NCBI GenBank assembly: GCA_039802605.1 | Contig: JBDRWW010000004.1 | Location: 56,566 to 120,565 of the forward strand | Length of the DNA: 64,000 bases | Direction of reading: 5' to 3' | Origin: a candidate division WOR-3 bacterium | GTDB lineage: Bacteria > Hydrothermota > Hydrothermia > LBFQ01 | Shown here: one piece after another, positions 1 to 10,469 of the stretch | Layout of the letters: each line of letters begins with the position of its first letter | How positions within the stretch are numbered: the first letter of the stretch is position 1 | The notes under the pieces: generated by a model | Database searches by the model: none | What the model was told of the DNA's origin: nothing | The model's input: the letters and a program-made list of their open reading frames with translations, nothing else | Position numbers and translations under genes: made by a program

Positions 1-2
1 AA

Positions 3-2267
3 TATTATAAGATGCATATAGTTGATATATTGGACAAACATTATAAACTGAGAATAAACGATATAACGCGAGTCCTATGCACAGAAAATTATGTAGATGA
101 GATAAATAAAATACACAATGAGATGGTTCAATTGCTTAATACATCAAAAGTGCAATCCAAAGATATAATTAAAACTTTTGATAACTGGAACATTTTGGCT
201 TTTCAAAATTCATCAAATCAAACAGATTTTTTGAATATATCGGGTTATCATCAAAAAATTAACCAAGGATACATTGTTTTGAGCAAGGGACATCCCGAAA
301 CCCAAGAAATAAAAAAGTTAATGCAAGGTTTTTGGATAGCCGAAATTCCGGAAGATATATTCTCAAAGTTAACAAAGTTAAAAAACAACATGAGGCATTT
401 CATTGATTGGGTAAATTCTCAACAAAGATCTTGGGATATTAGCTCAAAAAAGGAAATCCTTCAAATTTGTATAAATATTTCGGATCAAAAAATAAGTAGT
501 GGGTATTGGGGTGGTTATACAAGCAATACAATTAGGGATTTAAAAATTTTTAAGAGTGCTAACGGGCAAACCAAACCCCTTAGAGAATTAATACAACATA
601 GTGGAAAAAACTGGTTAAACGATTGGATAATGGATAAAAATGAGTATATTCAAGTTCAGGGCTTGGTAGATCAATACCTTATGACCGATGAGGAGATTTA
701 TGATAATATATATGTAAATAAATTATCGGAATTTATTCAAAACTCAAGTAATGCTAATGATATTTTAGACGATGCTTTTGCTTTATATCAAAAAATTACA
801 AACAAACAACCTTGTCAGGGTTTCAGCAATAAGTATTACCATAGGAAACTTAATAATAATGTTATTAGTGCCCTTAAAAAACTTGGCATAAATGTTATAG
901 AAGACTATGTGTTTAATTGGATAAATGGGGATAAACAAAAAGAAAATATGCTGGGGTTAAACCAATATCACCAGCAATTATCAAATTACTTGATTAACAA
1001 TAACAATAACTTCACTCTTCAACAAAGTCAAATAAACCAAAACGAGTTTCAAAACTTGATAGATTTCCTTTCGCAAACGGGAGATAGCAGCTTTTTCCAG
1101 CATTACATCTTTGAAGAGAATAATTATCAATATACCCTAATCAAGAAGGGGAATAATGAACAGGTTTATTTGGGGGAAAATATAAACCCGCAATTAAAGA
1201 GTTTTCTCAAACAAAACCACATATATGTTATAGAAAATCAAAACATTAGTCAATATATTGGAAACATTGGAATAAAAAAGGGTAAAAAGGAAATTGTTGA
1301 AAAATTAAACATAACAGTTGATATTACATACAATAACGGTAATATAACCGAAATTTATGTGAAGGGGAGTAATAATTCTCCCCTAAATTGGGAAAACAAT
1401 CAAAACAACAATAAAGATGCCATAGCACAACTTTTGGAATGGATTATAATCAACTGGAATAAAAATTGGAAACAAAAAATAAATATAAACTCTCAAAATT
1501 TAACCAATTACTCAAGTAAGCAGTTTAAAAATAGAAAATGGGAAAATTTGGGCTTGGATATAAATCAAATAATAATTACCCAACAAAACTTCAATACTAA
1601 TGACTTCTCTCAGGTTTTGGCGGGATTTATAGGAAATAACAATTTACAGCAAGATATAAACAACAACTTCTTTGATCCTATTGAATTGGAAGATAATGAA
1701 ATTTACAGTCAAATACGAAATCCAGACAACGACCACCAAAAGGTTTTTGTTCTGTTGTATGAGTTGGAAAATAATAATGTATCACAATCCAAATTTACGA
1801 ATAACCAAATTCAAAAATTAAACATAAATTCAAATTCGGGGTTAGAAATAGACAAAATTAAAGAAGAAATTAGGGTTTTATCTAACGAAAGTAAAATTCC
1901 ACCTATGATAATTGAACCGTTTTTAAAAGAAAGTATTATTATCCACTACCCTGTAAATGGAGATAATGAAAAGAAAAAGCTTATGAAAAAACTCTACGAA
2001 GAATGGAAAAACATAAAACCTGGTAAAATAAACTTTGTTTGCAATTGGAAAAATAAAAGTTGCGAATGCGGATTTAATGATTTTGAGAAATACATATACC
2101 CTGACGATTTGGCAATTGAAACCGAGAAAATACCAGACTGGCTAAGGGTTAATAACAATAATAATGATTTTAAAGAGTTCTTAAAAGTTTTAGGGGTAAG
2201 GGTTAAGGATAAAAATGAGGATGATGAGGTTAAATTAAGGAAGAAAATAAAGGAAAAGGAGGTGTAA
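3..2267 (+). CDS. Large Asn/Gln-rich hypothetical protein, probably 5'-truncated by the window edge; first visible part of an AT-rich helicase locus
   Basis: 751-aa ORF from ATG 12; the frame is open back to position 3 (tat tat aag atg); low GC (two sampled 60-nt lines gave 20-23%); no recognisable motif. Confidence 0.7.
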   Translation, partial: YYKMHIVDILDKHYKLRINDITRVLCTENYVDEINKIHNEMVQLLNTSKVQSKDIIKTFDNWNILAFQNSSNQTDFLNISGYHQKINQGYIVLSKGHPETQEIKKLMQGFWIAEIPEDIFSKLTKLKNNMRHFIDWVNSQQRSWDISSKKEILQICINISDQKISSGYWGGYTSNTIRDLKIFKSANGQTKPLRELIQHSGKNWLNDWIMDKNEYIQVQGLVDQYLMTDEEIYDNIYVNKLSEFIQNSSNANDILDDAFALYQKITNKQPCQGFSNKYYHRKLNNNVISALKKLGINVIEDYVFNWINGDKQKENMLGLNQYHQQLSNYLINNNNNFTLQQSQINQNEFQNLIDFLSQTGDSSFFQHYIFEENNYQYTLIKKGNNEQVYLGENINPQLKSFLKQNHIYVIENQNISQYIGNIGIKKGKKEIVEKLNITVDITYNNGNITEIYVKGSNNSPLNWENNQNNNKDAIAQLLEWIIINWNKNWKQKININSQNLTNYSSKQFKNRKWENLGLDINQIIITQQNFNTNDFSQVLAGFIGNNNLQQDINNNFFDPIELEDNEIYSQIRNPDNDHQKVFVLLYELENNNVSQSKFTNNQIQKLNINSNSGLEIDKIKEEIRVLSNESKIPPMIIEPFLKESIIIHYPVNGDNEKKKLMKKLYEEWKNIKPGKINFVCNWKNKSCECGFNDFEKYIYPDDLAIETEKIPDWLRVNNNNNDFKEFLKVLGVRVKDKNEDDEVKLRKKIKEKEV
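2256..2264 (+). promoter_or_regulatory. Shine-Dalgarno sequence for the helicase ORF (translational coupling)
   Basis: AAGGAGGTG immediately followed by TAA-T-ATG(2269). Confidence 0.7.
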
Positions 2268-2268
2268 T

Positions 2269-5200
2269 ATGAGTTGGCAAAACACCATTCAATGGCTTAA
2301 AGACAAAACCGTTAAAATGGATATAAAAGATAATGATGAGATTTTAGAACTTTTATCCAAATGTTTGAATTCGCAGGGCCAAAATCAAAATATCGTCGTT
2401 CCTGTCCTTACCCAAAAAAACGGGATCTTGGCATATAGGTTTGAAGAAATAAAAACAAATGATGACTATATTTTTTATACAGATGAAGATTTGAATAGCT
2501 TAGGCTTGGATGAAAATGTATTATTACAAAGTTTAAACAACACTAAACTCGTATGGGCTGGAAAGGATAACCAAAGCAAAAACTGGAAAAGTTTGCTTGA
2601 TAATCAAAAAGATATAAATTCCCTTGTTCAACCGAGTAAAAACCACTTAGATAGCAACTTACCCAATGATGTTTTAAACAATAACAATATAAACAATATA
2701 TACATTTACGATGGCCGGATATACTTAAACATCAAAGGTGTTGATATACCTTCAAATAAAAACCATATACCTCTAAATGGAAATAATTTATACAAAAACG
2801 ATAACGAGTTTAAAGATATATGGGATTATATTGGACAAAATCTATATCCAGACTTCTCTCCGGATGATTCCAGCATTAATAGCAGCCTTGATGCCGAGGT
2901 GGTTAAAGAGTATATGAAACAGAAGAAAAAGGACATTATTATCTTCAATGGCAGTATAAAAATAAAGGATAAGAACGGCAAGATTTACACGATTTCAAAA
3001 GACGAAGTAGTATTTGGAAATGCAGTATATTATAAGGATTTATTAACTTGTAAAACTAAAAATAACATAACTTATAATGACCCAATAACATTTGCCATTC
3101 AAAACAACATTTTCACACCAAATGTTATTATTCAAGGATTTAATAAAAATAACGCGTCTGCCTTCTTACAGCAATTACAAAAACATAAGGTTGAAGTCCT
3201 GAAAGTCATAGAAGGGAAAGTTGAAAATCTTTCCCACAACAAACTTTCCATCGAATTAACCGTTGAATGGCTTTTCTGGGCTACAATATGGGAATATTTG
3301 GAAACATATATAACTCCACGAAAACTAAAAATTACATCAAACTATATATATTATGAAAACCAAAACAAAATCGTTATACCTATGGATTATAAGGTTGGTA
3401 TTGAAGAAATTGAGATTAAATACTTAGAATTATACTTACTCGGAAATGTTAAACTTTATTCCGCTAATCAGGGAATTGATAACTTGGGTTGGAATAATGA
3501 CGGTTTGGCTTTACAAATACAACCAAATTGGACGGGGGGAGATATACCGGATAAACTAAATTGTGGTGGTGCAAGCTATGATTTGGCGATTAACAATAAG
3601 GGCGAAATAGTTGTAAAAAACAATCCTCAACTTTCTGGAATAGGAACAATTAACGGGGTTCAAGTTAAAGTAAATAACGGAAAAGTTGAAATGCATAATA
3701 ACAAACCGATACCCTTAAAAATCTTTGCAAAAATTGAATACAATGCAAGCCAGATTTTTAGGGATATAGTGGTTAATTACTTTTCGGGGATAATAAACAC
3801 ATCCGTTTGGCAAAGTAAAATTTCCGAGGAAATCGCTAAAATTATAAATCAAGCTCCCAACAACGGAAACCAAAGCAACCCACCATTCGTTTGGGGACCA
3901 CCGGCAACCGGAAAAACCACATATTTGGCAAATAGAATAATTGATTACCTTAATAATGGTAAAAAGGTAATAGCCCTTACACCCACAAATAAGGCGGCGG
4001 ATGTGTTAATAGAAAGAATTTTAAGTGAAAACCCGTCCGCAAATGCTTATAGGTTCCCAAACACAAGATCCAATAATCCAAATGTACATCAAAAAATTCT
4101 AAGACGGGATGGTAGCCCCCCATCCCCTCCGTACGCAATCATAACCACAATCCACAGGTTTATATTTGACAGTATCCAAAATCAGAAACTGGAATCCTTG
4201 GATTGGGATGTTGTTATTATTGATGAGGCTTCAATGGTTGAATTGCCTTTTGTGTTTTATGTAATTCATAGTTATATAAATAGTTATATAAATAAAAAAG
4301 TTGAGTTAATCATAGCGGGGGATCCGGAGCAGTTAACCCCCGTGGGTAAAACACCCGGAGAAAAGCGAAACATTAAGGGTTATTCAACGGAAAACATCTA
4401 TACGGTTTTGGATTTGACTTTTAATAATGTTAATATTAATCGTAATAATACACGGGTTAATGTCGGGGTAAAGAGTTTTCAGGTCATACCCTACACACAC
4501 AAAATAAACAACCAAAACATAAATGTAATAATTTTAACAGAACAACACAGAAGTGTCCAGGAAATAGGTGAGGTATATAGCCGCTATCGTTATGGAGGGA
4601 AATTAACCCATACAAGGGGGTCTTCAAGTGGAAAGATAACCATAAACTTTTACAATAACCAAATTACAATATCGCCCATAACGGTAATAGAGTTTGACAT
4701 TAGTTCCTCGTCCGGAATACCCACAAGTCCCAACGATATTGGAAAACTGGAATATTCATCTTATCATCTGTTTTCGGCAGTTTTGGCCGTTGAGTTGGCA
4801 AAAGAACTGGAAAATCAATTGAGAGATTACAACATAGGTATAATTTCTCCTTATGGAGCTCAGGTAAAGATTATGAGACAATTGGCTGGGCCTTATAGCT
4901 TGAGTTTAACGAGAACAACCGTTGATACCGTTCACGGTTTTCAAGGAGATGAGAGGGATATTATAATATTAGTAATGAACCCACCTTCTCAAAAACCCGG
5001 CCCACACTCACACTTCAACAATCACAGAATAGTGAATGTTGGAATAAGCCGTGCGAAGGATTTCTTAATAATATTAAAACCGGCAATTATAACCAATTCC
5101 GAAATTGATAATGCTTTAAGCCATGCTCGAAGCCTTCCAAAAATTAACAGTAATATAGTGAATCAAATAAATAACAAAATAGAAATCTTCAGCCACCTTG

Positions 5201-5295
5201 AAGTTAATTTATATTCTCAAAGTTTGCTATCTTCCATGACCAAAAATTATATATTCTTCATAGATTGGGATGTGCTGGATATTTTGGTTAAATAG
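2269..5295 (+). CDS. Superfamily 1 (Upf1/Dna2-like, AAA_11/AAA_12) helicase with a long unknown N-terminal region
   Basis: Motifs WGPPATGKTT (I), LTPTNKAADVL (Ia), IIDEASM (II), IAGDPEQLTPV (III), LTEQHRS (IV), IGIISPYGAQV, TVDTVHGFQGDERD (V), NVGISRAKD (VI). Confidence 0.88.
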   Translation: MSWQNTIQWLKDKTVKMDIKDNDEILELLSKCLNSQGQNQNIVVPVLTQKNGILAYRFEEIKTNDDYIFYTDEDLNSLGLDENVLLQSLNNTKLVWAGKDNQSKNWKSLLDNQKDINSLVQPSKNHLDSNLPNDVLNNNNINNIYIYDGRIYLNIKGVDIPSNKNHIPLNGNNLYKNDNEFKDIWDYIGQNLYPDFSPDDSSINSSLDAEVVKEYMKQKKKDIIIFNGSIKIKDKNGKIYTISKDEVVFGNAVYYKDLLTCKTKNNITYNDPITFAIQNNIFTPNVIIQGFNKNNASAFLQQLQKHKVEVLKVIEGKVENLSHNKLSIELTVEWLFWATIWEYLETYITPRKLKITSNYIYYENQNKIVIPMDYKVGIEEIEIKYLELYLLGNVKLYSANQGIDNLGWNNDGLALQIQPNWTGGDIPDKLNCGGASYDLAINNKGEIVVKNNPQLSGIGTINGVQVKVNNGKVEMHNNKPIPLKIFAKIEYNASQIFRDIVVNYFSGIINTSVWQSKISEEIAKIINQAPNNGNQSNPPFVWGPPATGKTTYLANRIIDYLNNGKKVIALTPTNKAADVLIERILSENPSANAYRFPNTRSNNPNVHQKILRRDGSPPSPPYAIITTIHRFIFDSIQNQKLESLDWDVVIIDEASMVELPFVFYVIHSYINSYINKKVELIIAGDPEQLTPVGKTPGEKRNIKGYSTENIYTVLDLTFNNVNINRNNTRVNVGVKSFQVIPYTHKINNQNINVIILTEQHRSVQEIGEVYSRYRYGGKLTHTRGSSSGKITINFYNNQITISPITVIEFDISSSSGIPTSPNDIGKLEYSSYHLFSAVLAVELAKELENQLRDYNIGIISPYGAQVKIMRQLAGPYSLSLTRTTVDTVHGFQGDERDIIILVMNPPSQKPGPHSHFNNHRIVNVGISRAKDFLIILKPAIITNSEIDNALSHARSLPKINSNIVNQINNKIEIFSHLEVNLYSQSLLSSMTKNYIFFIDWDVLDILVK
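4268..4294 (+). repeat. 12-bp tandem duplication inside the helicase gene (SYIN-SYIN)
   Basis: atagttatataa x2 plus ata. Confidence 0.8.
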
Positions 5296-5850
5296 CATTG
5301 CTTTCCTTATAGCGCTAAAGACTATTTCACCCCCATCGCTTTTCCTTAGTAAGAGTATTCACCGCAAAAGATTTTTAATTCCTCGCTGAGGCTAACGAAT
5401 ACCTTTTGGTTTGCCACCTTTTCCCAAGGAAAAACATCATCAAAAACCCCTTAGAAGTCCCTTACCCATTGGAGCGCATTATCCAACAAAAAGAAAAGCG
5501 GGATAATAATCCCCTTTGTCTATTACCTTCTTTAAGTGGGCATAGGCTAATATCCTCCTGAAAAATATTTCAAGGGTATAGAGGGTAAAGGAATCGTGAG
5601 GATTACCCACACTTGTGGGTATCAACAGTTTTTGTTCGGGTATCCCCGTATAAAGTGATGTGATATATTTCCGTTTTGCCCGGAATACCAAAGGTATATA
5701 TCCTTTAAATGCTTTAACACTTTGGGATTTTTTTAGAAGTTGTTTAAAAGGGTTTTGGCTTTGGAAGATTCATTCATATAAAAATTAAGGCATATTACAG
5801 CTATATCCTTTAAGCAGTTTGTCCATGCTCTTGGGTACCGTAGGGTTGGA
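5290..5850 (-). pseudogene. Probable degraded gene of unknown family
   Basis: About 590 nt without a long ORF in an otherwise gapless window; protein-like fragments in several minus frames interrupted by stops; minus-strand TATAAT (5856-5851) followed 9 nt later by ACG rather than ATG. Confidence 0.4.
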
Positions 5851-5870
5851 ATTATAAATCGGAAAACCCC

Positions 5871-5883
5871 TCAACTTTATAAT
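5871..5883 (+). promoter_or_regulatory. Leaderless-type -10 promoter
   Basis: tcaactt-TATAAT, 7 nt before ATG 5891. Confidence 0.65.
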
Positions 5884-5890
5884 ACCCAGT

Positions 5891-6682
5891 ATGCTTTTAA
5901 ACATTTCCGAATATGAAGAGGTTTTAAACTTTTATGAGGAAATAAACAAAAAGGAGATTCAGCCAAAAAGGCTTGAAATTGACAGGGATAGGGATTTGTT
6001 CCAACAAACCATAACAAAACTTTCCGAATTAGGGGTATTAGACCAAGAAAACAACGAATTCCCATTACAGGTTAGGCTTTTGGCAATAATAACCCTTGCA
6101 AAGGGAGAACCTTCAATATCCCAATATGTTGGAAAGACTTGGGCTTTGGGGGATTTGGGGCTTGCAAGGTCGGAAAGTTTGGTTCAGTTTCCAAACGAGA
6201 GGGTTTATTATAACGGTAAAATAGCGGAGTTTGAGGGGGAAGGGGTTGAGGTTTTGGGGCTTAGGGCGTGTGGTTGGGCAAAGGGAAAGTTAAAGATTTT
6301 GGAAGATTATCCATTTGAAGTGCAACAAACCCTACTCTTTTATGATATAGCCACATTAACCGGCATATCCTTGGCGGCTATGGAAGAGGCGGAGAATTAC
6401 GCTAAGGAGAGGGTGGCCTTTGGAAAACCAATATATGAATTTGAAGAGGTGAGGGGTTTCATAGAAAGGGGTAAATCCTTTGCGGAAGCTTTGAAAACCG
6501 CTCTCCTTTTAACGGATAACCCGGAAAAATTACTTAACTTGGCCATTGAAACCGCATACTTTTGCACGGATAAAGCATTACAGATATTCGGGGGGTACGG
6601 CTTCATAAACGAGTATCCCGTTCAAAAGTTTTTAAGGGATGCGAGGATGTTGAGGAGTTTGCTCATAAGAATGGTTCAATGA
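5891..6682 (+). CDS. Short acyl-CoA dehydrogenase-family protein (C-terminal domain conserved)
   Basis: YAKERVAFGKPIYEFE, ALQIFGGYGFINEYPVQKFLRDAR; only 263 aa. Confidence 0.75.
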   Translation: MLLNISEYEEVLNFYEEINKKEIQPKRLEIDRDRDLFQQTITKLSELGVLDQENNEFPLQVRLLAIITLAKGEPSISQYVGKTWALGDLGLARSESLVQFPNERVYYNGKIAEFEGEGVEVLGLRACGWAKGKLKILEDYPFEVQQTLLFYDIATLTGISLAAMEEAENYAKERVAFGKPIYEFEEVRGFIERGKSFAEALKTALLLTDNPEKLLNLAIETAYFCTDKALQIFGGYGFINEYPVQKFLRDARMLRSLLIRMVQ

Positions 6683-6683
6683 G

Positions 6684-8474
6684 ATGAGGTTAAGGTTTGA
6701 AGAGGAGTATATAGAGGCGTTTTTTACCGGTTTAACCCTTTTGTTCTTTCTGATTTCTTTGAAATACGAAATCGCTTGGATAGGTGCCTATATATTCGGT
6801 AGCATATTTACACTGAAATCAACCGTTGAATCTTTAAGGGAAAAAAGGGTTGATGTTGATCTTCTGATGCTCTTGGGTGCATACGGTGCGGCATACATAG
6901 GAAAGTTTCACGAAGGAGCATTCCTTTTATTACTCTTTAATCTCGGAAATACATTTGAAAAATTTGCATTTAAAATAAGCAAGGATTCTCTAAAAGATTT
7001 GTTGTCTTTAAGACCGGAGAGGGCATTAGTGTTAAAAAACGATCAATGGGAAGAGGTTTCAGTTGAAGAAATAGAGGCGGGTGATATGGTTCTCGTTAGG
7101 GCCGGGGAAAGGGTTCCGGTTGATGCGGAAATAGTTGAAGGAAAGGCATCCGTTGACCTGTCCCTTATAACCGGGGAATATATACCGGAGTTTAAGAAGG
7201 AGGGTGATAGGGTTGTTTCCGGTGCCTTGGTAATAGATGGGTCGTTAAAACTTAGGGCATTGGGAGGTATTAGGGAAAGTACCCTTGAAAAGATAATAAA
7301 TCTCGTTATGGAAGCCCAGGATTTAAGGAGCAAAACGCAAACATTGGCGGAATGGATAGGACAGAAATACACATTGGCCGTTTTATTAACATTACCATTG
7401 GTTTATGGATTGTTTTACCTGATTTTAAAAGATCACTACCAAGCCTTTTATAGGTTGCTTATACATTTGGTGGTTGCATCCCCTTGCGCCTTTGTAATAT
7501 CAACACCTTTAACGGTTATGTCCGCGATAGCATCGGCGGCAAGAAAGGGGATACTATTTAAAGGGGGGGCGGTTGTTGAGGATTTGCATAAGGTTAAATG
7601 GATAGCCCTTGATAAAACCGGAACCATAACGAGGGGAAAGCCAAGGTTGAAAGAAATAAGGGTTTTGTGCGGTTGCCATACGGAGGATGAGATTTTAACC
7701 ATAGCGGCATCCCTTGAAAGTAACATAACCCATCCAATAGCCGAGGCTATAACATCAAGTGCAAGGGGGAAAAACTTGAAAACCTTGGACTTTAAAGATG
7801 TCAGTTATAAATTGGGTTATGGGGTTTCGGGTAGGTTAAACGAAAACATTTGGAAGGTGGTATCGGCAAGGGAAAGGAAGGAAAGCGGGATAGTTTTGTC
7901 GGTGAAAAAGGACGGCATAGACGAGGCGGTTTTAATACTTGAAGATGAGTTGAAGGAGGGAGCAAAGGAGAGCATTCAAAGGTTGAAGGAAATGGGTTAT
8001 AGGGTTATAATAATAAGTGGGGATAGGAGGGGGAATGTTGAAAGTATAGCAAAGGCGGTTGGTGTAAATGAGTTTATTGCCGAGGCCTCTCCGGAAGATA
8101 AACTCAGGAAAATAGAAGAGCTTTCAAAGAGTGGCGGTTGTTGTATGGTTGGGGATGGAATTAACGATGGTCCGGCTTTGGCCGCCGCGACATTTGGAAT
8201 TGCCATGGGAACATTGGCTTCGGATGTGGCTTTGGATACATCGGATGTTAATATCCTTTCGGATAACATAAACCTTTTGCCCAAAGCTTTTGAAATATCC
8301 AAAAAATCCTACGGCATAATCCTACAAAACATAGTTATATCCTTGGGTTCTGTCGTCCTTATGATATTACTAAACCTTTTCGGGGTGATAAATATCCTCG
8401 TTGGAGTGATCGGTCATGAGGGAACGACGGTTTTGGTGGCCTTAAATGGGTTAAGGGCTTTGTTTTTGAAATGA
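6684..8474 (+). CDS. Heavy-metal-translocating P1B-type ATPase (P1B-4-like, SPC motif)
   Basis: TGE, ASPCA, DKTGT phosphorylation site, HP, GDGINDGPAL, HEGTT. Confidence 0.92.
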   Translation: MRLRFEEEYIEAFFTGLTLLFFLISLKYEIAWIGAYIFGSIFTLKSTVESLREKRVDVDLLMLLGAYGAAYIGKFHEGAFLLLLFNLGNTFEKFAFKISKDSLKDLLSLRPERALVLKNDQWEEVSVEEIEAGDMVLVRAGERVPVDAEIVEGKASVDLSLITGEYIPEFKKEGDRVVSGALVIDGSLKLRALGGIRESTLEKIINLVMEAQDLRSKTQTLAEWIGQKYTLAVLLTLPLVYGLFYLILKDHYQAFYRLLIHLVVASPCAFVISTPLTVMSAIASAARKGILFKGGAVVEDLHKVKWIALDKTGTITRGKPRLKEIRVLCGCHTEDEILTIAASLESNITHPIAEAITSSARGKNLKTLDFKDVSYKLGYGVSGRLNENIWKVVSARERKESGIVLSVKKDGIDEAVLILEDELKEGAKESIQRLKEMGYRVIIISGDRRGNVESIAKAVGVNEFIAEASPEDKLRKIEELSKSGGCCMVGDGINDGPALAAATFGIAMGTLASDVALDTSDVNILSDNINLLPKAFEISKKSYGIILQNIVISLGSVVLMILLNLFGVINILVGVIGHEGTTVLVALNGLRALFLK

Positions 8475-8875
8475 AAAATTTGGAGTTTTTGAAGGATTAC
8501 ATAAACAGGATAAAGGCGCATAGGGAAAAGTATCACTGGGTGGGAATATATATTAAAAACGGGGATGTTTTGGAACTGTATCCATATTACATTGGAAGAC
8601 CAACACCACACGAGAGGATAAACATAAATACGGGTATATGCGGTGCGGCCGTCAGGGAAGGTATAACCATAAATGTCCCCGATGTGAATTCCGATCCGAG
8701 ATACTTGGCGTGCTCTGTACATACAAAATCGGAAATTGTTGTACCTATCTACAACAAAAGGGGTGAGGTAGTTGGAGAAATAGATATAGACAGCGATTTA
8801 CCCAACGCTTTTGATGAAAAGGATAGGGTGTTTTTAGAGGGTATTGCCGAGGAGATCGGAAAAATTTGGCCGTAA
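8471..8875 (+). CDS. GAF-domain protein, free methionine-R-sulfoxide reductase (MsrC)-like
   Basis: WVGIY, GICGAA, YLACS, SEIVVP, EIDIDS. Confidence 0.8.
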   Translation: MKNLEFLKDYINRIKAHREKYHWVGIYIKNGDVLELYPYYIGRPTPHERININTGICGAAVREGITINVPDVNSDPRYLACSVHTKSEIVVPIYNKRGEVVGEIDIDSDLPNAFDEKDRVFLEGIAEEIGKIWP

Positions 8876-8904
8876 TCGCGGTTGAATTGGTAATCATACA
8901 CCCT

Positions 8905-8910
8905 TAGAAT
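8905..8910 (+). promoter_or_regulatory. Leaderless-type -10 promoter
   Basis: acaccct-TAGAAT, 7 nt before ATG 8918. Confidence 0.6.
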
Positions 8911-8917
8911 ATCAAAT

Positions 8918-10444
8918 ATGATATGGTTGGTATCGTTTACATTCAGCATTTGGAAATCCTTGGCGGGTGATAATAAAAATCAGGCGGTTCAGGTATTAGC
9001 AGGGGGAATATTATCACCAACCGCAAAATGGAGGACGAACTTTGGTTTTGATATTGTAAACCTTCTATGGGCCTCGCCCGCTATATGTAATGTTTCCAAT
9101 GCATACCCCGAAAATGAGGTGATAATAAAAGGGCATATATCACTGAGTGGAAATACCACACTATATGCCCTAAGGGGTACAGACGGTACCATACTTTGGA
9201 GTATTTCATTTTTTGGTATGGATCCTTCAAGCCCCGCCTGTGGAGACCTTGACGGCGATGGGTTGGATGAGATTGTAACGAAGACTTTCTCGGATGGCTT
9301 AAAGGCTTTGGATAATGATGGAACGGTTTTATGGACATTCCCAACCACCTATTCCTTTTCAAGCCCCAAAATAGAGGATGTCGTTTCTTCAAGCCCGGGT
9401 CCTGAGGTTATATTTATGGATCCAAGCGGTGGTAATTTGGTCTTGTATGTCTTATCGGCGAGTGGAACCCCTATATGGACGGCTAATGTTGGAATAGCCG
9501 AACAACCCGCTGCAACCCCGGCCATTAGCGATATAGATGGTGATGGGGTTAAGGAAATAATAATAGCAACCCTTTACAGCGGTTTAAGGGTATATGATGG
9601 ACAAACCGGAACGCTTGAATGGTCGTATTTCGCTCTGGCCATAAATCCAACACCTTCCGTTATTGACCTAAACAACGATGGTATTGAGGATATATTGTTT
9701 TCCAACAGTTCAACCATAATGGCCATTAGTGGAACGGGAACATTTATGTGGTCTTTTAATTTAAGAGCCCATACCCCACCTTCCGATACCCATGTGGTAC
9801 TTATGGAATATGTTGCTCCGGTATGGGATATAAACGGTGACGGATTTCCCGAGATATGGCTCGGAGATGGTGGGGATTCCTCAAATGTAAATAGCCACTT
9901 ATTAAGAATTGATCAAAACGGCTCTTCGGCCTCAATCAACTGGTTATATGGGATAAATCAGTGGGCCTATGACGGTGGAGGGGGGCTTGTTGATATAAAC
10001 AACGACGGTATATGGGATTTTATAAAGGCGGCGGATAACGGGTATGTTTATGCGGTAAGGGCGGATAACGGAACACCTGTTTGGAATTTTAGGTTTGACA
10101 ATTGCGGTTCGGGTGTTATAGATCCATCGGTTGCAATAGGGGACATTGACGCGGATAACTGTTCAGAAGTGGTAATAATAGGTTGTCAGAGCAGCTTCTT
10201 AGGGGGAAATATAGTGGCCGTGGCAATAGACAACTCTACACCGGTTTCGTCCTGTGCCGTCCTCTCCCGTGATGATGAGCTAAAAGCTTCCGAAATGAAA
10301 CCTTATGAAGGTGGGGAATTCAAGGTATATACCACAAGCGGTAGGCTAATGGGTACCTTTAAACCGGGTCAAAGGATTAAACTCAAACCCGGATTTTATA
10401 TAGTTAAAATGGGAACAAAAACCAAGGGTGTGCTTGTAAAGTAA
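8918..10444 (+). CDS. Secreted FG-GAP/PQQ-like beta-propeller protein with T9SS-like C-terminal sorting domain
   Basis: Repeats GDLDGDGLDEIV, DIDGDGVKEII, DLNNDGIEDI, DINGDGFPEI, DINNDGIWDFI; C-terminus VYTTSGRL..LKPGFYIVK..KGVLVK. Confidence 0.8.
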   Translation: MIWLVSFTFSIWKSLAGDNKNQAVQVLAGGILSPTAKWRTNFGFDIVNLLWASPAICNVSNAYPENEVIIKGHISLSGNTTLYALRGTDGTILWSISFFGMDPSSPACGDLDGDGLDEIVTKTFSDGLKALDNDGTVLWTFPTTYSFSSPKIEDVVSSSPGPEVIFMDPSGGNLVLYVLSASGTPIWTANVGIAEQPAATPAISDIDGDGVKEIIIATLYSGLRVYDGQTGTLEWSYFALAINPTPSVIDLNNDGIEDILFSNSSTIMAISGTGTFMWSFNLRAHTPPSDTHVVLMEYVAPVWDINGDGFPEIWLGDGGDSSNVNSHLLRIDQNGSSASINWLYGINQWAYDGGGGLVDINNDGIWDFIKAADNGYVYAVRADNGTPVWNFRFDNCGSGVIDPSVAIGDIDADNCSEVVIIGCQSSFLGGNIVAVAIDNSTPVSSCAVLSRDDELKASEMKPYEGGEFKVYTTSGRLMGTFKPGQRIKLKPGFYIVKMGTKTKGVLVK

Positions 10445-10455
10445 TCCTGCGGCCT

Positions 10456-10461
10456 TAAAAT
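10456..10461 (+). promoter_or_regulatory. Leaderless-type -10 promoter
   Basis: ggcct-TAAAAT, 8 nt before GTG 10470. Confidence 0.6.
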
Positions 10462-10469
10462 ATCAAACC

